A stretch of DNA of 64,000 nt from Gnetum montanum (Eukaryota > Plantae > Gnetophyta), in the NCBI GenBank assembly GCA_015680685.1, contig MNCI01002152.1, positions 249,344-313,343 of the forward strand, written 5' to 3'. Below the pieces are notes generated by a model. That model did not search any database. It was not told where the DNA came from and was given only the letters and a program-made list of their open reading frames with translations. The position numbers and the translations under genes were made by a program. Below are positions 48,730 to 62,747 of this stretch, one piece after another. The number at the start of each line of letters is the position of its first letter. The stretch's first letter is position 1.

Positions 48730-50610
48730 TTGGCATTGTTGCTAGGGACTTTAGTTAGCTACATGCACTACCTAGGAAGTTTGTAAAATTATTAAATGAT
48801 GTTTTAATGAATCATAAGGCCACATCATTGAGATAAATAATAATAACATACACAAACTATTTTCCTTAAGAACTAACATGGCTTCTTCTCATAGGAAAGA
48901 CTCTCTGCCATTGTTTGTAAGTGGATACAATTAATAATAAGAAGAAGGTCATAAGACACTAGTGTCCCAATAGTTCAAAGTGGTATATACTCATCTAGAT
49001 GAGTATACTTTGGACTTCACCTTCATCCTACATTAAGATGAGTAGCTACAGTGGAGGAACATGGAAGACAACATCATGTTGTCTCTCGACCAATTTGTTC
49101 CTACAATGCTCTTAAACAATCTTATCAAGTTGGGAATTACTAGACTTAATTCTAAATACGAAGTGCAAGATCATGCCTATTGGGATTATCATCCCACAGA
49201 GGCATAGAAAAAGAAAGATCAATAGATGGAGGCCCAATAAAGACCACAAAAGGTAAAAAGGGTCCTACCCAATTTTTATTGTAGACACATAAAGAAGGGA
49301 AGGACTTCCTTTTAGGGAGGTCTTAATACATTGATTCTCATCCTCTATTTGATGAGGAGGCCCTTAAACAGCAGATACAGTCAGTTGTAACCAAGCTTGG
49401 TTTTTCAAATAATGGATCTCATAATTAGAGAGCCTCGAAAGGGGGTAGCTAGGGTAGAAACGAGAATAAGCACTAGGATAAGGAAAAACATGGTAACTAT
49501 GGTAGGAACTAGAGAAGATAAAGTAGCATACATCATACTAGTGGTGGCTTCCCTTCCTCTTTTCCTTCTTCATCCTTATTGTTTTCCTCCTCCAACTCCA
49601 ATTGGAGCTACAGAGACAAGAAGGACCATGATGGAGGTGAGTGATGGGATTGGGATGATTGCTGATCCCATTGTAATGATAGAGACAATGGGAATGAGTA
49701 GTGAAGAGATGATTAGAACAAAGAAAGAAGGGACAATAGGGATCATCATAGGCCTCATGGTTATGATAGGGGCCACCTTGACTGCTATCAATATGATGGG
49801 CCCTTGCTGGTAACGAGAAACTTGTGGAACATTGTAGAGGTCGTTAGGATCCCAACAAGGCATGTGAAAGATAGATATGTTAAATGGTTGGATATGAATA
49901 ATATCCTTAAATTTAAAAGGGGATATAATTCATATCCACAAAATAATTTGTAAGAATTTCATGATTCTTGTGCCTTATAGAATATGGAATATGAATGGAA
50001 AAAATTGAAGCTATTTTTAGGACACTTGTCAAAGAAGTTAAAAGTTGGCACTAGTCCTTGGAACTAGAATCAATTTGAAGGTGGAGTAAAATGCTTAAAA
50101 TATTTAATGATAAGTACCAAAAGTACTCTCAAGTGTCCAAAGGAAAATCCAAGGATGAAAATAGAAAACTCATGAATCCTTGGATGTGGCCATGGACAAG
50201 TACTACTCTTTGTTATACCGATCCTAGGCCATGACTATTCTCAAAAGGACTAGACACAACCATATCATTGATGGGCTTCAAACTAAAACAAGAATAACTC
50301 TTAGGATCTATGCCTAAGGGAGGCTTTCAGAGTTAAGGACCCATAAGATCCAAAGGCTAATTGAGTAAGTGGCTAAAGAAAAAGGTTAGCTAAAAAAGAG
50401 AGAAAATGTAGAAGAGTATAATAAAGGCCCCTTCCTCTACAAAAGGGAGGTTTGTTTCTATGACAATGAGGGGGAGACATCACTTGATGAATTTGTATAA
50501 GAAAAAAATTTACCATTACAAAAATATGTATATGAAATATCAACTAAAGTTGATAAAATGTTAGACTTCTTGGATGAAAAATTTCAAACTACTCTAAGAA
50601 TTGCTTAGGA

Positions 50611-53600
50611 GAACACCCCATCCTAGCTAGGGCATGATGATGCTTAGGATAAAGTAATCTTACAATTAAAACATGATAACTAAAAACCAATGATGTGTAG
50701 AATACATAATATTAAGAAAGGTGAAACTGCATAGAAATTTCATACCACACCAGTAACTAAACATATATTTCAATTTATAAAACTACATGTCTCTACATAA
50801 ATCAAATTATGCACTACTTTGCTAAAATACAAAAACACATAAACATCATCATCGTATATATAAGAGTACAAATAGTTTCATATAATGATACATAGTCCAT
50901 ACTATTGTGCATGAAAATATACATTAATTAAGCATTGAATATTTTCCCCTGCTCTACTCTTCCTATCTGTGCTTGTTTATGCTCCTGCACCTGTAACACC
51001 CTGCCCTAGCTAAGGTAAGGTGATGCCAAGGATCAAGTAATCTTAGCATGGAAACATGATAACTAAAACCAATAATGCATAGAATATATTATAATAAGAA
51101 AGGTCAAATGGTATAGAACTTTCCTGCCACACCAAAAACTCAACATACATAAAGCAAACTATACACTACTCTGCTAAAATACAAAAACACATAAACCTCA
51201 TCATCGTATATAGAAGAGTATAGAGACTTTCATGCAAGGATATCTAGTCCACAATACTATACATAAAAATACACATCAACCTAGCACTAAAGATTTTCCC
51301 CTTCTCTACCCTTCCTCCCCATGCTTGTCTAGGCTCTTACACCTTTCACCTATAATGAAATAAAGTTAGTACATAACTGAATGGAAAGCCTTTACACTTC
51401 CCCTACTAGATGGTTGACAAATTCTACACTAGAGGAGAGGAGTGGGGTACAAGGCAACTTGCAACAATTGTTAGTCTTTTGCGTTCTAAAAACAACACAC
51501 ACCATATCACCCATAATTTTAACATACTACCATACAATCATAGATAATTCCATGGTCTAACATCATCTATCTTGCCCATGTCATTATATCCATGATATAC
51601 TATTAAACAATCCATGATCCACACAATCATAATCCAATCAGAATACATATGATCAATGATATGACTCACAAACTAATACTATCACATACATAGCCCATGT
51701 GGTGGTTAGTGGATCCACACTCAATGTAGCATGTGAAACATTGCCATGAGTACTCATAACAACCACTCCCTATAGGTCTTTTATTGGTCTTTTATTTATC
51801 CAACCAGTGCTAGGATTCGTCAACCTATGACCTACAACCACTATCCTTCTGGAGAATTGGTGATAGGGATGATCACACCTACACTCTCTCACTCTCACGA
51901 TGAGGCCTAAGATAGGAGCCTCACTAATGCATCACAGTGAGGATCAATCCATACTACCTCCAAGGTGTCTTATCACTAATCAGTCCACACCCTCACGTTA
52001 GCACCACCCCTAACAGTTACAATCATTCCATGAAAACAATACCATGATGCAACAGAACAACATGAAGACCTCGATATGACAAAATAATACCATATTTCTC
52101 AAAGACACATACTTCTATATAGATGATCAGTATAGTAACCTTCAAAATGAGATATTCCCAAAGAAAAACTAATTCCACGATTATAAAGTACTTTCCAAAA
52201 TGATCCCAATGACACTAATTTTACCTAAATTAGACTCCTGGAAGCAATGTTATGTATGTTTAAGGTTTGATTAATAAAATAATATTTAATTACCACCAAA
52301 AAGGATTGGAATGCCTAAATATGCTCATGCCCTAATAGATCCCAAAAATAGCATATTCCAATCATATGAGTCTAATGAACACCACATATCCTATGCTACA
52401 AGTCCAAATCATCCCCTATATTGCATATATATTAATCCATAATTCATAACCAAAATTAGACAATTTTGGGAAAATAGAAAAAATAACATGTCCAAGCTCA
52501 ATCCCTAAGCTATCTGCCCCACATGCCCACATTGCATAATCATAGATACTAATCCAACAAAAAAATACAGGGAAAAGGTAAATACAACCCACCAATTAAA
52601 ATTGTCAGGGTAGAAAGGACAAAACAAATAGAAAATCCTAAAAAATCTAGTAGGACTCCCTTTTTCTTCCAACAAGTTCTACACCCACGTCGATATGATC
52701 ACAGTAATCCCAAATCCAAGTTTAGAGAGAGTAAAAATCATCCACAAGTTTCAGAATCTAGAAAAAAGAAGATAGCAAAAAGAAAAATGGAGAAAATAGA
52801 GTCCTATGTATTTTTGTTTTTGCGAATAAGAAAAAAATAGAACCGAAAATCCAATTCTCTCACAAGTAGTGGTGAGGTGGTGCCATGAAAAAGATGAAAC
52901 ATAAAACATATACTTTATGTTAAATAATATAATGATGCACTTTTCTCATGTGACATGAGGTTACTTTTTGTTTTTTCATTTGCATTATTTATTTATTTTT
53001 ATTTTTTTATGAACGAACAATTTTCATAAGCTAATATATTTTTCTCCTCTACAATTAATATTGTAAACTTTAAACCTACGTAATAAACACATCGGGACTT
53101 CAAATAAAAATTCATTTGAACCTATGAGATCCTTATCATACGCTCTACACACTCACATGCCAAAACCACACCTAAACATCATGCAATATAGTGCTATAGT
53201 ACAAATGTTAAAATACTAAAATTGCACATAAAACATAAAAATATACCAGATAGATGCTCTTATACCCTAATCCAACACCCCTGCTAGCAACATCACCTAT
53301 CTAACACATCACATAGGGCTATTGTACATAATCACGTTAGTTAAGCATGTAAAGACATCATAATCATAATATAAAGACAAAGCTTCATAATATATAAAAT
53401 ACATTAACTCATCCTTGAAAACCTATGGGGACTCCACATGTCATGTATAAATCATAAACAAATGACCATACCTACTATCTCTAGATGGGATTTAACAACA
53501 CCTTTCACTTGAAATTAAATAAAGTTAATACAGAGTCGAGTGGTAAGCCTTTACACTTCCCTTGCTAAATGGTTGATAAGTGTTGTACTAGAGGAGAGGA

Positions 53601-55738
53601 GTGGAGTACAAGGCAACCTACAACGACTATTAGTTGTATGCATGCTCAAAACAAGACACACACCACATTGCCCATAATGCTAACATAATCATTATTGAAT
53701 ATTATAGATGGCTATGATACAATCACAAATAAAGCCATGATCTAACATGATCTATCATGCCCATGTCATCATACCCACGATATACCATTAAATAGTTCAT
53801 GATCCACATAATCATAATCCAATCCTAACACATATTATCAACAATATGACTCGCAAACTAATACTATCATATACATAGCATATGTGATCACTAGCATATT
53901 TGCACTCAGTGTAGCATGTAAAAAATTGTCATGAGTACTCATAATAGCCATTTCTTGCAAGTCTTTTATTTATCCAACTAGTGCTAGGGTCCATCAACTT
54001 GTGACCGTAACTACTAGCCTTTTGGAGGACTAGTGATAGGAATGAATACACCTATTTGATGTACTAGCCATAGGGATGAACACACCTTTGCTCTCCTACT
54101 CTCAAGATGAGGCCTGAAATAGGAGCCTCATTGATGCATCATAGTGGGGGTTAATTCATGCTACCTCCAGGGTGCCTCATCACCAACTAGTCCACACCCT
54201 CATGCTAGCACCACCCACTAACGATCATCACAAGCATCATCACAAATACATGTACACATTCCAGTTACCTTAATAGCACAATATGACAAAACAATACCAT
54301 ATTTCTCAAACTACATGTACTTCCACATAAATGACTACTATAATAACCTTTAAAATGATATATGCCCAAAGAGAAAAAAAATCTTAAAATTAGAAAGTAC
54401 TTTCCAAAATGATACCAATGACAATTTTACCTAGACCCTTGGAAGCAAAGTTATGCACATTTAAAGTTTGATTAATAAAATAATATTTAATTACTAATAG
54501 GAAGGATTGGAACTCCCAAAAAATGCTCATGTCCTAATAAGCCCAAAAATATCATATTCCAATCATACCAGTCTCATCAACATCAGATATCATATTCTAC
54601 AAGTCCACATCATATAATACATCACACATATATTACTATATAATTTGTAACCAAAATTGGACAATTTAAAAAAATAGGCAAAATAACATGTTCAAGCTTA
54701 ATCTTTGAGCTATCTACCCTAGATTCCCACATCACATAATCATATACACCAAGAATATAGGAAAAAGGTAAAGACAACTCACCAATTAAAATTTTTAAGG
54801 TAGAAAAATTGAAATAAGCAAAAAACCATTAAAATTCTAGTAGGACTCCATATTGCTTCAAACAAGTTTTGCACTAATGTAGATATGATCTCAACAATCC
54901 CAAATCTAGGTTCAAAGTAAGCAAAAACCATTCACAAAGCTTAGAATTTAGAAAAATGTGGAACAAAAGAAGAGATAAGAAAGAAAAATGAAAGAATAGG
55001 CTCCTGTGCATTTCTATGGGTAAGAACACATCCATAGGAAAAAAATAAGAAACCCAAAATCCAATTTCTATGGGTAAGAAATGGTGAGGCAGTGGTACAA
55101 AAAATAAATAAACATATAACCTATACTTTTTTTTTACTATATGCTTTGTATTAAAAAAAAACTAATGATGCACTTTCTTTCTCATGTGACATGAGTTCAC
55201 TTTTAAATTTTTTCCTTTTTAATTTATTATTATTATTTTTAAATGAACTATTTTCATAAGCTATATTTATTTTTTCCTCTACAACTAATGTTGTGAACTT
55301 TACTCATGTGTAATAAACACACTAGGACTCCAAATCAAAATCCATTTGAACCTACGAGATCCTTATTATATGCTCTACACATTCACATGATAAAACCACA
55401 CCTAAAAATCACAAAACATAGTGTTATAGTACAAATTCATAAATACCAAAATCACACATAAAGCATAAAGACATACTAGATAAGTGCTCTTGTACCCCAG
55501 TCCAACATGCTTGCTAGCAACACCATCTATCTAACACATCACACAATGCTAGTATACATAGTCACGTTAGCTAAGCATGTAAAAACATCATAATCATAAC
55601 ATAAAGACGAAGCCTCATAACATACAAAATACCTTTACATTACATTAACTCATCCTTGTCAACCCATTGGGACTTCACCTGTAATGTATAAATCATAAGC
55701 ATATTACCATGCCTAATGTCTCTAGATGGGATGTAACA
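50611..55738 (-). mobile_element. Tekay-family solo LTR (outer), inserted in B gag
   Basis: Reverse complement of 14948-17668 in two pieces (50611-50991, 53498-55738); flanks TAGGA/AAGGA; left terminus eroded. Confidence 0.85.
50992..53497 (-). mobile_element. Tekay-family solo LTR (inner), nested in the outer copy
   Basis: TGTAACA...TTTAACA termini; TSD GCACC/ACACC; outer LTR sequence resumes across it. Confidence 0.88.
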
Positions 55739-57716
55739 AAGGAGGTAGTGAATGTGATAGAAAGAAGAAAAAAGAAGTTGAATGTGCCCATCATAAGGGT
55801 AAGGACAAAATTATTGTAGTAGAAAAGGTTGGGGATTCTAAAATAGATGATGATAGGTGTGACATCTGTTAGTATGAACATCCTAAGGGATGTTGCCCAA
55901 TTGTGTCACACTTGCAAGAATCCAAGGTGTGTGCATTGAATCATAGATTGGCCAAATGGCAAGCACCTAGAAGGTTTTCTTACACCCCCCAAGGAAACTA
56001 TTGGTAGTTCCACCAATAATCCTAATATTCGATTGGAGCACCACCTCAACCTCATGAATAGTCTCAATAGTGGCAACACTCATAGTTCTGAGGGATGCCA
56101 CCACCAAGGTAGCAATATCCTTTCCACCAACTAGATCCATACGAGTGCTACATTCAATAGCCCATCTTACCATGTTATTCTTCTAGTCACACTTCTAACA
56201 CCATTTCTACCTTTTTAAATATTATAGAGCACCATATCCAAGGGGAGAGTCCCCATTTCCTTATCACCCTTCTTATCCTTCCACTTTTGCGCCTATGTCC
56301 TCAACACCTTTGCCACCTAGTTCACCTATGTAAGGTGAGATCCTAGCACAGCCATAGTAGACACATGTTGTAAGGCCTATAAACATACAACAAACTTCTT
56401 AGTTGAGTGGCTCTAAATAAAGTCCTTGTAAGACATCATTCTTTAAAACCAAAAATTCCCCAAAGTCCTCACAAACATCCATGGCTATGAACCCTACTTC
56501 TACATCATCTGTAGTATCCATTGAGCCTCCTTCAAAACAAAGCACTTTTCAATCGCACACTGCTATGTTGACCAATGTGGTTACTATTTAGATAAAGGCT
56601 AGCTATCTTCCCAAGAAGAGATCTCATCCTAGGAGTCCCCTTATCTATTTGTAGATTGCTAATGAAAAACCTTGTAAAGGTCTTTTGGACTCAAGTGTTG
56701 GAGTCAATTTGATTTCATCGGAGATGTACAAAGCCTAAAACCTTCCTCTACTAAAAGACAATAATATAAGGTTGGAATTGGTAGACCAACTCATAATAGT
56801 TTATTTGGGATTGATTGAGAACATTATGAGCATCATTTGTGGGTGGTCTTATCTTACTAATTTCTTGGTGATTAACGTAAAGAATAGTAGGTGGGGCTTC
56901 CCTATTATCATGAGAAGGGGATGGCTAAGTACTATAGATGCATGGTTGGGGATAAGAGATCTCTCCATGGAAATTTATAGGAAGAATGAATTAGGTAAAA
57001 TAGAGAAGAAGAAAGTTCCATGCATCATGTATAGTGACACAAAGTGCCATTGTATGCACAAACTATGAACCATAAAGAGCATATCACTTTTGACATGTAG
57101 ATAGTGTGCTAATGTCACAATGATTCAAAGGTTCCTATATGCAGTAGCCACTAAGTAACAGGACACTCATTGGTTGAAAACTAAAAGGAAGGATGAACAA
57201 GAAATATGCATGGAACTAGCTGAGAGCCTCAAAAATTCTTGTCTAGAAAGCATGGCTCAAGTGAGGCTAGTTTCTGACCACCATATGCAAGGTGCAAAAA
57301 ATATGATCGTTTTCAACTATTCATCATCTATGGTGGCCCAATTTGTACAACCTAGTATGATAAATAGGTTTGGTATGCCATGTGCACAAATTTCTAATAA
57401 CAAAACACATTTAACAAATAAAGCATGCAAGGCACATACTACATAATGTTATGACCTAGGTTTAGGAAGGAAAAACTATAACAAAATAATAAGGTGCCCT
57501 ACTTAAACCCTACACATATGCCTCAATGCACAAACTTTTGAACATTATGGAAGGAGCCTTTCATTAATCATAAGATATTGCCACTGGGGGCATGCTAATA
57601 TACCAGCCTGATAGCACACATAAAAGAATTATGACCAATTCCTTGCAATGTAAGCCTTTCCTTGAAACCCCTTGATAGGCTTGCAAGCTCAATCCTTCAG
57701 ATATTTCCCTTTCAAC

Positions 57717-57732
57717 TTAGTCATGGGGGAGA
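57717..57732 (+). promoter_or_regulatory. Internal PPT-like site (PPT1) of B
   Basis: TTAGTCATGGGGGAGA resembles the family's terminal TTAGTCATGGGGGTA; equivalents at 45361 (E) and ~40525-40548 (C, minus). Confidence 0.6.
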
Positions 57733-59175
57733 TGGCCATCCATGTTAGGATCTTATAAAGTGGCTTCTTAGTTTTTAACGTTTTTTGTTTTATACCATTT
57801 TTAGCATGTTTTCCATTTTCTTGAGTCTTTTTCAAATTTTCTATATTCTACCTTATTTTGGTTATTTGAATTTTTCTTATGTTTCTATGCTTTTTCTTTA
57901 TTTCCATCAGGACTTGGTACAAGCTACAGCTACTATTGATGGTGGTTTAAAGTTTATCAATTATTTGAGTGTAAATGGCTGGATTTCATTTTGGAATTAT
58001 AATGTTCACTAATGGAACATTGATTCTTTTCATGTTAACAGGTAGTGAGTCCATTTCATCCATCACTCCAATCAAGTCTATGGTGCTTCCTCATTTTGGA
58101 AATCTAAGGTCCCTTTTTAATAAGAACTTATAATGAACTGGTGACCTTTGTACTTTCCAAGCTTGGGATGAATTAAGTGGATTGAAAAGGGTGTGACTTC
58201 AAAGGGATTTTTCACTTTTGTGCTTACCTACCGTCTAAGTTACATGAGTGTTTCCATGGATTTCTCATCACTCCACTATTGACTAATAATAAGAAGCAAA
58301 GTCTTTGCATGGTGTGGTTTCCATTCAAGAAAAAAAAAACAAAGAAAAAGAATGGAAATTCAAAGCACACCCCTTAGACATAATAACAAGCTACAAGTAT
58401 TAGTTATGATGCTAGAAAGACATGTTATCCATGCCTAAAGGTACCCCTCTATCTAAGGTCCTCTTCACTTCCTACTTCTCTTTTATTCTCCTTTAGGAAT
58501 GGTGTGTGGTCTATGGGGATGTTCTTATTTCTTGGAGGGTGGCATGATCTCAAGTATCAATGTGAAGTCACTAGAAGTAGATGGTATTAACTTGGACTAA
58601 GCAAGGTGGTCCACTGGTCATATTTAATCACATCTTCCACAAGGGACTTCATGTGACCACCATGGGAAACTCTATTTCATTCTCTTATCCACTAATTCTT
58701 TCCATACACCATCTCACTACCTATTTTTATGATTGTTTCAATGGTTTCATTAGTAAAAAATTAACATTCTTTGATGAATTCTTTGGTGATTTGATCTTTA
58801 ATGATCCACAACCATTAATAATCCTTAGGACCCATGGACTTCTTGGTTTGAGGGCATGCAAGGGCATTAAGAGCATAAGCCTACTATGAGGAGGATCCAC
58901 TTGCATACTCCTTGGTTGGGATGGTTAAGTTCTGTATCCCTTAGACATTTTTCTCTCAAATCCTATGCATTCCACATCAATTTCATCTAGTTTTGAACTC
59001 CTTAACCAATAAAAGTTGACTCAAATATCCTTTTTTTTTTTGCATAGTCTAAACCCTCTTTAAAAATTTTGTAGTATTCTAGGTTTTTTTTTTGGCTTTC
59101 TTTGGACTCCAATTTCATTAAAAAAATCCTTACTTTTACTTAGTTTCTAAATTGATTTTTTTTTTCTTTTAGCTA

Positions 59176-59250
59176 TGTTGATGCATCCTTATCAATGCAG
59201 TGCAATGCGTTGACACATCCTCATCAATGTAGCATAAAAGGCCTATAAAT
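59176..59250 (+). promoter_or_regulatory. Putative internal promoter of ORF2 in B
   Basis: Two dyads TGTTGATG-CATCCT-TATCAATG and CGTTGACA-CATCCT-CATCAATG, then TATAAAT 59244. Confidence 0.6.
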
Positions 59251-59698
59251 GGCAGCAAGGACTTAGCTAATTTCTCACTATTCTCATTCAACACCAAAGG
59301 AATTTTTTAGCTTTTGGAGCCTAGAGCCTTCCTAAGCCCATAACTTTTGAGCTACTTATTTGATTCACTCCGTTCTTCAATTCTATAGCTATCAAGGGTC
59401 AACTCTACATTGTGAGGGCCACAAATCTTAGGCTTTTATAGAAAATTTTTCAAAACTTTTCTAACTCCCATAAGGTTTAACTAAAAAAATAATATTAAAT
59501 AGCACTAATCCACTTTAGTTAAACCTCATAAACAAACTCTAGTAGCTATCAAAGTAAAATAATAAGAAAATAATATTCAAATATTAAACCAACCATAATC
59601 ACAACATTATCCTAAGTGTAATGAATCAAAGGAGACAAGGTGTCAAGTGTTCTAAGTTACACATCAATTACTAATCCTTGGTCATGTTGTGATTACAA

Positions 59699-62507
59699 AT
59701 GACACCAAGACACAAAAGAGTGTAGGAGGGAGGACTATCCTAAATGAGGAATAAGTGGTCTTGAGGAGGAAGAGGCTAATAGTAGCAGTAACCCCAAGAG
59801 GAAGTAATAGAAACACATGAAATGGGACCTCTTTAAGAGGAGCTTGAAGTGAAGTCTATTTGAGGCCTAGGTTGGGACCCAACCTAGAAGTCACTTTGAC
59901 AAAGGCCTGCCTAAAGAAAATCAATTCCAAGGAGGTTAAAGGTTCAATTCTTCAAGAACTTACCTTTGGTCCTTTCTTGGACTTAGCACAAAAGAGGTCA
60001 TAACGCAACTTCAAAGTTCTTCCATGTGGCTGATCCTTACTTTTAGCAGGGAATGGCAGATGGGGGAAACATAACTCTTCTAGAACAATAGGTAGGCCAA
60101 CACCACTATGAAAATAAAGGACATCAGTGTGTCATACTCTATGGAGGCCATCATAGAGGTCCTCAGGTTTCTAGATACTAGAGTAATCTTGGGGAAAATC
60201 TCAATGTAGACCCTAAAGTAAAGAAATAATGGATCCAATGGTGCTATGGAATGAACCATAATGAGTATGGTGTACTCACCAAGGTAAAAAGGGCATAATT
60301 TGAAATTATGACCTATCATCTTAATCCAATGATAATTCCATGTAAATTCACATTCTTTTCTACCTGTGCATGTGCTACTCTAAGCAGGAAATTCCCTATC
60401 AACATCCTGTAGCTCATCTTTCTTGAAATGGAGAAGTGCTTCAAAGAGAATAGCATGGGATAAAGACACTCCTATTTTCATGCCTAATCCAAAAATTATG
60501 TAAAGGGGGAGGAATAGACTACTATGTCAATGATATGTTGCATCATTCTCCTATCACATCCTAGAAGGATATGATGAAAAACAAAGTAGCCACCAAGTTA
60601 CAAGAAGAGGAGTAGACACCACCACTACCCACTTAAGAACAAGTAAATTTGGAGGCTTGTGCTACCATTGAGTGAACATACAAGCTCCATGAGCAACTCA
60701 TATAGTAGTAGTAGATAGCATAGTGTGATGGGAACCCATTAGTTTATTAGCCAACTATGAGCCATTTGAATAAGGTAACCAAAACCATTAGATGACCGGA
60801 GGGAACTACAACATTGTTTTCTACCCAAAGGATATAGGTGCACACAAGGTTGATTCCTAGCACTTGGGAAGTAATAGTATCCCTCTTAGAATAATAATAA
60901 TTCCTAGAAATTTTTGGGAACACCACCACTTTCTTGATGCACTTAGAGGAGGGAAAGGAGGTAATTGTCTTGGTGATGTAGCACCAAGGGCAGGAGACAA
61001 CCATGAAGATGGTAGCTAACTATGTGGTAGAAGCATTGAACACTCTTATAGCCTCTATGCCTAATATTTCTCAACTTAGGAACATGTAAAAATTTGCAGG
61101 AGTAGTAAGTGGAAAGCTAAGTGTAGCCTAGCACAAGGAGGTGTTGGATCAATTAGTGAAAATTGAGCAACCACTTCTAGAGATCTTTGATCTCCTAGAT
61201 ACAATCACTACAATATAGTCAAAGTTGCTAAAATCTTGGGCAAGCTCATCATTTTCAATGCCCAACTTGAGACATCTACATCTAAGAATTAATAATTGGC
61301 TATCCAAGTTATAGAGTTGAGAGCCAAACTAGCTAATCCCATCATGCTTAGCTAGGCCTTAAAAAGAGATGAAGATTTTTTACAACTTCAATACAAACAT
61401 CAAGACACTGAGCATGTAAAGGAGATGGAAAAATTTGATCAATCCTTAGTATAAGCCATGAACTACAACATCAGAAAGGATTTTTTAAAAGTTTGCAAGG
61501 AGAATCTAGTTTTAACCTAAGATAATCATTGCTTGCAAAATATTAAGGCACAAAAAGAACAAATGATGGAATTTGTGTAACAATAATGAGAGCATCTTGC
61601 CAAGGTGAATATGAATTTGAGGAGGTTGGCTACTAAGAATCGAAATCTCTTAATGGAGGAGGTTTTTTCCATTTGCTAGAAAATAGTAATTGAGGTAGCC
61701 ACCTAGAAGAACAGAGCCCTAAAATTTGAATGGGTGAAAAATCATTACAAGGACCAAGTTGGACTCTTCAAGGATGTGAATGAAAAAGAGATTTAATTGG
61801 TGAAAGCAAAAGTCAATGAGGCCCTCTAGTAACTTCAACAAGGAGGTGATGTGTGGTAGCCCATTTTTGATGGACACAATGTGTACAACAAAGATAAAAT
61901 CTACCTCAAGGAGTTGTAGATCAAGGAGATGAATGAGTACCTGGAGTTAGCCAATCTTTGGTATGAAAACTTGGTAATGCTGACTACTAAATTGTCAAGC
62001 TTTGAACTTGACTTGCAAGTGGCCAGCTCTTACCTCTTGTACAAGGCATAGTTCAAGCACCATAAGAAAATAAAGAAAAAGATAAAAATAGCTAATGCAA
62101 AGCTTGAAGTCTTCTGCATGCACTTCACACATCAATGATCAATCATGGAGAACTTTTCCAAGAGGATGAATGACTACTAAGAGCTACAAAACACTATTAA
62201 GATGTTTGACATTAAATGAAAACAATTTGCTACCTAGTTTTTCAACATCAAGGAGTTGTTTCCAACCATGCCCTATCTATGGGATGTTCCCATACTAGCT
62301 TACATTAGTGATGCCGCATGGACCATGTATGATTCCCAAAGAAAGGAGGAGAAGATGAAAGAAATATTGGATACTTTCTATCTTCCACTAGATATTGCAG
62401 TTGTAGTAGAATAGCCACAACCACCTCAGCCTTAACCACTGCATGCACTAGAAGTAGGGGAAGATCCTTCAATACCTTAGGAGTCTTCACCTAATGGGAC
62501 TATTTGA
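59699..62507 (+). pseudogene. Athila env-like ORF2 of B
   Basis: Collinear with 4055-6958 (LQELTFGPFL, MWLILTFSREWQMGET, LLFSCLIQKLC, YLWDVP). Confidence 0.82.
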
Positions 62508-62747
62508 TCTTATTATCATCTTTGATCATTAGAGGAGTTCTAGCCATCAATTTTTGTAAAGGTACTAAATTTTATTTTCATGAATACCCATTTTTTATAA
62601 TCATTGTCAATCTATATACTTGGACACTTAGCATTAGTTTTGGAGTTAGTTAGTTAGTCAATGGCTCAATACCTTCCAATATTTTGTAAGAAGCTTGATC
62701 CTTATTTTGTTCACTTGAGGATAAGTTTTTAGTTAGTTGTGGAGGCA

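Larger units (their letters stand above)
48878..57450 (+). pseudogene. gag: gag-protease of B, interrupted by Tekay solo LTRs
   Basis: MASSHRKD start; gag core ~49870-50610; CDIC.YEHPKGCCP ~55858; GLLDSSVGVNLI 56679; ORF 56772-57068 is protease-like. Confidence 0.82.

Noticed and set aside
58230-58255. 15-nt match GTTACATGAGTGTTT to 40332 in opposite element orientation (possible inversion)
   Set aside because: Flanking blocks are collinear in normal orientation, and a match this short can arise by chance in AT-rich DNA.
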